Assembly (NCBI RefSeq): GCF_037902255.1
Contig: NZ_CP147990.1
Coordinates: 2,820,001-2,852,000, forward strand
Reading direction: 5' to 3'
Length of the DNA: 32,000 nucleotides
DNA from: Candidatus Electrothrix sp. GW3-4
GTDB taxonomy: Bacteria; Desulfobacterota; Desulfobulbia; Desulfobulbales; Desulfobulbaceae
Positions within the stretch are counted from its first letter, which is position 1; the number at the start of each line of letters is the position of its first letter. Below are positions 27,336-32,000 of the stretch, piece by piece. Below the pieces are notes generated by a model. That model was not told where the DNA came from and ran no database searches. It was given only the letters and a program-made list of their open reading frames with translations. Both the position numbers and the translations under genes were made by a program.

Positions 27336-28995
27336 AGAGCATCCTCAAAAAGCTAACCTCTCATACAGGCAATACTGCAAGACTTGCCTTGGCATTTGTT
27401 CAAAGAACGCCAAAAATCGAGCGATAATATGATTCAGCTGGCTGCGTAAAAGTAAAAACCGTGAAAGATATAAATTTTCAAGCTGTTCCTGCAACTTCCT
27501 GAGCAGAACCATCAGATTCATGACCAGGAAGATACAGTTGATCCATGCTTCAGAGGTTCTCTGAAGTTTTGCCCGGATGTAGTTGAGTCGGTAGCCGTTT
27601 TTTCCTTGGCCAAATTTCCCCTCAATGGGGATCCGTTCTCGACTATCCCGAATTCGTTGTGCTTTCAGTTCCCGAAGACGTTCTTTGTTTTCTTCTGTCT
27701 CTTTCGGGGACCTGCCCAATCGTTTACCACCAAATCGAATACCTTTCTCTTTGAGATATTTACGGTTTTCTCTTGTTCCGTAAATCTGATCAGCCAGTAC
27801 GACTGCCGGATAGTAACCATTCCGGCGCTTGTAACTCTCCACTTGCTCACGCAAATCCGTGCCTTCGTTGAAGGCATCCCAACCAATATGATCGACAAAA
27901 GCCAAACCATCGACCATGCTCACGCTGAGTTTGGCACCGAACTCCACATTTTTACCTGCTTTCCCACGAACTATCGGTCGTACATGAGGTTGGGCAATGG
28001 AAACAATTCGGTCATCGCAGCGTCGTTTTCGTTTTTTATACATCTCATCCTGCTGGCGATACACATGCTGAATGATCCAATACTGTCGTTGTTGCTGATG
28101 GGGAAGTGGAAAAGGTGCCGTTTCAACATTGTCAAGCAACTCATCAATATATCGCAGATTTCTTCGGATGTACTGTAATTGCTGCCGAAGTCCGCGCCGC
28201 AGAATTTTTCGGCCTGGTTTCTTTTTCTTAGCCAGATTCAGGTAGTTTTTACGGGCAAGTCTCCGATATGTTCTGGGCTTTTTGGCGTAGTCACTCTGTT
28301 TGTACAGATCATCAATCAGCTGCTCGGAAATCTCACGAGCTTCGTTGAGTAAACTCAGATCAGTCGGGTAACGAATCGCTTGCTCAGCAACCGTTGCATC
28401 GACAAGCATTTTTCCCTTATTTTCAACGGGCTCTTCCTGACTCTCATCCTCTTTTTCGTCTTCATTTGCCGTACTTTTCTTTGAGAGAGCAAGTTTTTCC
28501 AAAATCACTTCTTCAAAAGCAGAAAAGACATCTTTTCCCATGCGCTTGCGAATTTCAACAAACAGGCTGGGAGCTAGAGGTCGCTTGTCTTGAAAACAAG
28601 AAAATCCAACAAAATATTGAAGATAGGGATTCTCCTGGATCTGAAGTACGGTTTCTTCATCACTGAGCGTCAACTTGTGCTTAATGATTAACGCGCCGAT
28701 CACCAATCTGGCATCTTTGGCTGGTCGTCCTTGATGCGGGTCCAAAGTTCGATAATATCTGATGGCGAACTCATCCCACGGAATAACTTTATGCCATTTG
28801 ATCCATCTGTTTTCAGGGTTCAGTTTACCTCCAAACGGAAGGCTGAATCCTTCAAGTGTAAGCTGTCTGTCACTGGTGTACCTGATCATGTGCATGCCTT
28901 ATGAGGGGGTGAACGTCAAAAACATGCATATTTTACAATATTTTTACAACTTTTTCATTTAAAATCAGCGCACTGAGGCTTTTTAAGGGCAATCT
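27336..28995 (-). mobile_element. IS5/IS1182-like insertion sequence (1660 bp)
   Basis: A single transposase ORF fills the element. The imperfect terminal inverted repeats AGAGCATCCTCAAAAAGC (27336-27353) and AGATTGCCCTTAAAAAGC (reverse complement of 28978-28995) match at 13 of 18 positions. A 4-bp direct repeat ATTT flanks the element at 27332-27335 and 28996-28999. Confidence 0.7.
27345..28895 (-). CDS. IS5/IS1182-family DDE transposase
   Basis: The N-terminal region (RWIKWHKVIPWDEFAIRYYRTLDPHQGRPAKDARLVIGALIIKHKLTLSDEE...NPYLQYFVGF) matches the InsH-type transposase N-terminal domain pattern. The C-terminal region reads ADQIYGTRENRKYLKEKGIRF...IEGKFGQGK. Confidence 0.85.
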   Translation of the reverse strand: MHMIRYTSDRQLTLEGFSLPFGGKLNPENRWIKWHKVIPWDEFAIRYYRTLDPHQGRPAKDARLVIGALIIKHKLTLSDEETVLQIQENPYLQYFVGFSCFQDKRPLAPSLFVEIRKRMGKDVFSAFEEVILEKLALSKKSTANEDEKEDESQEEPVENKGKMLVDATVAEQAIRYPTDLSLLNEAREISEQLIDDLYKQSDYAKKPRTYRRLARKNYLNLAKKKKPGRKILRRGLRQQLQYIRRNLRYIDELLDNVETAPFPLPHQQQRQYWIIQHVYRQQDEMYKKRKRRCDDRIVSIAQPHVRPIVRGKAGKNVEFGAKLSVSMVDGLAFVDHIGWDAFNEGTDLREQVESYKRRNGYYPAVVLADQIYGTRENRKYLKEKGIRFGGKRLGRSPKETEENKERLRELKAQRIRDSRERIPIEGKFGQGKNGYRLNYIRAKLQRTSEAWINCIFLVMNLMVLLRKLQEQLENLYLSRFLLLRSQLNHIIARFLAFFEQMPRQVLQYCLYERLAF

Positions 28996-29182
28996 ATTTA
29001 TTGAGACAGCATTTCTTATACTTTTTGCCGCTGCCACAGGGACAGGGCTCATTCCTGCCGATCTTCTTCTTGATGACCTGTCTGGTGGGAGAAGCAGAAT
29101 TCCAGGGCCGGGGCCGGGGGGTTGAGCGCTTCTCTCGTACGCCGAGGGCAATCTCCACCTCCTCAAAATCACCGCATACCAT
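28994..29182 (-). CDS. Small ORF ending in a SEC-C metal-binding motif; possibly a gene fragment
   Basis: The C-terminus [18 protein letters not shown] is a SEC-C (SecA C-terminal-type) motif. No Shine-Dalgarno precedes the ATG. The frame is open ~28 codons further upstream with no start codon. Confidence 0.4.
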   Translation of the reverse strand: MVCGDFEEVEIALGVREKRSTPRPRPWNSASPTRQVIKKKIGRNEPCPCGSGKKYKKCCLNK

Positions 29183-29305
29183 CAGATCAACACAATCACG
29201 CTGGTGCGCGACCTCAATGGTGGGCAGGGCCGCTACGGACCCGGTGCTCTGATCAAGCCGGTCAAATCAATCGACTCTGAACATATTTATTTTTTATGGC
29301 TCCCC

Positions 29306-29581
29306 TTACTCTTCTAGCGCCTTCAAGCATAGAGGATTTACCCATATTGTATGATAGGTAACCTCTAAAGAAGCTTCTGTATACTCGAATTCAATTTCTA
29401 CGCGTCCTTGCTCATCAATGGAAGCTATTTCATGGGTCTTATTTAGTTGAGCCATAATTGCTAATTGATCCTTACGAGGTAACTCATAAAGCAGGGTGTT
29501 TTCAACCTTTGTATAAGTGACCCTGTCTCCGGTTACAAGTTCCCTGCCGTCACAGTCAGTAACCTTTCGTGATTTCATCAT
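29306..29581 (-). CDS. Putative immunity protein for the upstream Rhs C-terminal toxin (no recognisable family)
   Basis: This 91-aa AT-rich ORF starts 15 nt after the toxin stop and has its own AAGGAAA Shine-Dalgarno. The position is typical of polymorphic-toxin immunity genes. Confidence 0.55.
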   Translation of the reverse strand: MMKSRKVTDCDGRELVTGDRVTYTKVENTLLYELPRKDQLAIMAQLNKTHEIASIDEQGRVEIEFEYTEASLEVTYHTIWVNPLCLKALEE

Positions 29582-29596
29582 ATAGTTTTCCTTGCC

Positions 29597-30379
29597 TTAT
29601 TTTCCTTCACAGCGGCAGCCGACATGCTTCGGCTTCATACCTAATGAATGAATGGCTTCTCTTTTTGCTTCTTTTGAAGCTTGACTGCAATTATGTGCTG
29701 TAGCAGTACCAAACGCAAATAATGGTGCTCCAGAGATTATATTTCCTGGCATATTACCATCTGCATCAGCACGACAAATACATGTGCATCCACATTTTGG
29801 TTTTTTGGGTTTAGGGATTGATTTTGATTCTTGGGTAGCATCATCTTTCGTCTTATCTTTTGGCCTCGCAAAAGGTATCGGGGCTGGCAGTGTCCCATCT
29901 TTTATCAATTTTCCACAAGATGTCGGGTACCTTTTGCAGTAGGCATCTACAGTTGACAACCCTTCAAAATCATACCAATTTACAGGGTCACTCCCCACAT
30001 ACGCATACAAGTTCATCCCCCCATCCAACCCAATCGGATCAGCAGCAATATACCGTCCGGTCTCAGGATCATAATACCGGTTCCAGTTGTAGTGCAGCCC
30101 TGTTTCCGCATCGTAGTACTGCCCCGGAAACCGCAGGTTGTTCTCAATCTGGGAAACAGAAACATTCACCTTCCCGAAGGGCAGATATTCGGCTTTCCAA
30201 ACCACGCTGCCTGAATCATCCGTGATGATCTGCGGCGAACCGAGATGATCTGTCACATAATAATACGCTCCCTCGGCTGACTTGTTTTGCAACAGCAGAA
30301 GGAAATATATCGCCTGAAGAAAGGCGGTATCCGACGGGGTTGATGTTGCCGCGACCGCAGGGGGATTATCCGCAAGCAC
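29597..30379 (-). CDS. Orphan Rhs/YD-repeat C-terminal cassette: end of the Rhs core (…YYYVTDHLGSPQ…NLYAYVGSDPVNWYDFEGL) plus a 119-aa Cys-rich variable toxin domain
   Basis: The Rhs repeat-associated core motifs are present. In-frame Rhs-like sequence (GSDGNILKEYVYLEGDIFAHFQYE) continues upstream to 30529 with no start codon, beginning 8 nt after the ankyrin gene stop. The track start is just the first GTG in the frame. Confidence 0.8.
   Translation of the reverse strand: MLADNPPAVAATSTPSDTAFLQAIYFLLLLQNKSAEGAYYYVTDHLGSPQIITDDSGSVVWKAEYLPFGKVNVSVSQIENNLRFPGQYYDAETGLHYNWNRYYDPETGRYIAADPIGLDGGMNLYAYVGSDPVNWYDFEGLSTVDAYCKRYPTSCGKLIKDGTLPAPIPFARPKDKTKDDATQESKSIPKPKKPKCGCTCICRADADGNMPGNIISGAPLFAFGTATAHNCSQASKEAKREAIHSLGMKPKHVGCRCEGK
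29984..30368. repeat. Rhs-core direct repeat, copy A (~385 bp)
   Basis: Copy A aligns along its full length with 31301-31683 at high but imperfect identity, as judged by eye. Similarity stops exactly at the DPxGL junction with the variable toxin domains. Confidence 0.9.
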
Positions 30380-30537
30380 CGGCTCCGGGGCCTCCTCCGC
30401 TGGCGGTTCGTTGACTGAAACCGTCGCCTCCGATGCAGCATCCGGGGTTTCATACTGAAAATGCGCGAAGATATCCCCTTCCAGGTAGACATACTCTTTC
30501 AGGATATTCCCGTCGCTCCCTTTTATCCCTCAGGTAC

Positions 30538-30897
30538 TCAGGACAACAGTAACATTATATCATCAAAACCTTTTAGAACAGCTAGATCAGTAGCGGATTT
30601 TCCAAGTTCATTTTTATAGTTTTTATCAGCTCCATTCTCAAGTAACTTTTTGACGATCTTTGTGTGCCCCTGAGCGACAGCATAATGGAGAGGCAAGTTA
30701 TTTAGTTCCCCAATACTATTCACTTCTGCTCCCGCAGTTAATAGAACATCAAATTCTTCATCATCCCCTCTTATGCAAGCAACATGCAACGGTGTATCTC
30801 CAGTATGTCCATGCTGGTTAACATCATTTAATGACATATCAATAAACTCTGGTAAGAATTCTTCAATATATCGACTGAGGACATCCTGAGCATTCAT
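30538..30897 (-). CDS. Ankyrin-repeat protein, putative immunity protein
   Basis: GDTPLHVACIRGDDEEFDVLLTAGAEVN and NNLPLHYAVAQGHTKIVKKLLENGADKN are ankyrin repeats. The gene has an AGGAGG Shine-Dalgarno and starts 15 nt after the toxin stop. Confidence 0.8.
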   Translation of the reverse strand: MNAQDVLSRYIEEFLPEFIDMSLNDVNQHGHTGDTPLHVACIRGDDEEFDVLLTAGAEVNSIGELNNLPLHYAVAQGHTKIVKKLLENGADKNYKNELGKSATDLAVLKGFDDIMLLLS

Positions 30898-30912
30898 TAT
30901 TAGTTCCTCCTG

Positions 30913-31572
30913 TTATTCTCCGCAACAATATCGATTAATCTTATCTTGAAGCTTGTCAATCCCCCTTTGCAAATTATCTATGTCATTCTGATGTCTTCCT
31001 GGCTGCCACTTATCATCCCACGCTTGCCTCATATCACGACAGTCTTTGTTCCGCTGAAGAAGCCACCGCCATTTTTCACATTGGTCTAATCCGCCGGGAG
31101 GACGCTCGTTACATCGAGCTTTATAGCGATCATATTCAGCTTGCCTCGCTTGATCGTTACCAGAAGCATCTCTGTCTTTCACGGCATCATAAGTCTCTTG
31201 TGCCGCTTTTGCTCCCATTGCAGCCATGAGTAGACGACCACCCCATTCAAGCCCTTTAATTACCAAAGCATTCAGTCCCTCTGGATCAACCCCATTAACC
31301 GGATCACTCCCCACATACGCATACAGATTAATCCCGCCACCCAACCCAATCGGATCAGAGGCGATATACCTCCCCGTCTCCGGGCTGTAGTAGCGATTCC
31401 AGTTATAGTGCAGCCCGGTTTCGACGTCGTAATACTGCCCCGGAAAGCGGAGATTATTCTCAATATCTGCAACAGAGATATTCACCTTCCCGAAGGGCAG
31501 ATATTCAGCTTTCCAAACAACGCTGCCGGAGTCATCGGTAATAATCTGCGGGGCACCGAGGTGATCTGTCAC
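30913..31572 (-). CDS. Orphan Rhs/YD-repeat C-terminal cassette: end of the Rhs core (…DPVNGVDPEGL) plus a 119-aa variable toxin domain
   Basis: The same core as 29597-30379 is present. In-frame homologous sequence (SDTAFLQPIYFLLLLKNKAAEGAYYY) extends upstream to a stop at 31681-31683 with no credible start or Shine-Dalgarno. Confidence 0.8.
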   Translation of the reverse strand: MTDHLGAPQIITDDSGSVVWKAEYLPFGKVNISVADIENNLRFPGQYYDVETGLHYNWNRYYSPETGRYIASDPIGLGGGINLYAYVGSDPVNGVDPEGLNALVIKGLEWGGRLLMAAMGAKAAQETYDAVKDRDASGNDQARQAEYDRYKARCNERPPGGLDQCEKWRWLLQRNKDCRDMRQAWDDKWQPGRHQNDIDNLQRGIDKLQDKINRYCCGE

Positions 31573-31683
31573 ATAATAATACGCTCCCTCGGCTGCTTTG
31601 TTCTTGAGGAGTAAAAGAAAATATATCGGCTGAAGAAAAGCGGTATCCGAGGGAATTGAGTCGCTGCGACAGCAGGGGGATTA
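31301..31683. repeat. Rhs-core direct repeat, copy B
   Basis: See copy A. Confidence 0.9.
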
Positions 31684-31715
31684 GTAGCAACAATGTATAA
31701 GGAAATTAATGCGTA

Positions 31716-32000
31716 CTAACCGCTCCACTCGACTCCTTGGGTATAAGCTTCCTTGAGAAGGGGATCTTTTTTCCAGTCATTAAAGTATGTTCTTATTTTC
31801 TTATCTTCAAACAAATGTTCAACCACTCCATTGATAATACAGTTCTGCAAACGCCGATCTCCCGTCTTGTATAAATTGCCTACCCACTGTTTAAACTCTT
31901 CTATTTCCTTTATGCGCCTTTCTTTTTCCGACCATAAGTAATTGAACCAGTTGGCAAGATCCCATGCTGCTTCATAGCTCGAATCAGCCCAGTCTCCGTC
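31716..32000 (-). CDS. C-terminal 94 aa of an unidentified small protein; by position, an immunity gene of a further upstream rhs toxin
   Basis: This ORF is missing from the track because it is open at the window edge. My translation reads DGDWADSSYEAAWDLANWFNYLWSEKERRIKEIEEFKQWVGNLYKTGDRRLQNCIINGVVEHLFEDKKIRTYFNDWKKDPLLKEAYTQGVEWSG, ending at the stop at 31716-31718. It is AT-rich like the other immunity-type genes. Confidence 0.5.
   Translation of the reverse strand, partial: DGDWADSSYEAAWDLANWFNYLWSEKERRIKEIEEFKQWVGNLYKTGDRRLQNCIINGVVEHLFEDKKIRTYFNDWKKDPLLKEAYTQGVEWSG

Noticed and set aside
31753-31941. The plus-strand 62-aa ORF at the window end
   Set aside because: The minus strand carries a longer edge-truncated frame with more protein-like composition, and that frame fits the toxin/immunity gene order.

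Overview
This window is a chromosomal segment from a moderate-GC anaerobe. The gene content fits a Desulfobacterota-like organism that uses the Wood-Ljungdahl pathway, but that taxon is an inference. Both conserved blocks are on the minus strand. (1) 1-6613 holds a Wood-Ljungdahl operon: folD, cooS/acsA, one ORF fusing MetF to the corrinoid Fe-S protein small subunit AcsD, then the start of acsB, which is cut by the window edge. (2) 20.9-27.3 kb holds housekeeping genes: purA, rpoZ, dnaJ, moaC, dksA, a GalT-like gene, a CheY-like receiver and a FolE2-like gene. cysS (minus) and fcl (plus) lie at 15-17.6 kb. Accessory, repeat-rich regions sit between and after these blocks. A full-length group II intron with RT/maturase lies at about 8477-10521, inside a cluster of REP-like hairpins. 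An LRR ORF and a COR-domain ORF look like a Roco (LRR-Roc-COR) gene whose Roc GTPase domain is missing; a 190-nt hairpin-rich repeat that also precedes the LRR ORF occupies that position. A 23-bp tandem array of 8 units lies between divergent genes at 14208-14386. An IS5/IS1182-like insertion sequence lies at 27336-28995. From 29.3 kb to the window end there is a minus-strand array of start-less Rhs C-terminal toxin cassettes, each followed by a small AT-rich immunity-type gene (one with ankyrin repeats). I found no rRNA, tRNA or CRISPR. All domain calls come from reading the translations by eye, with no database search.
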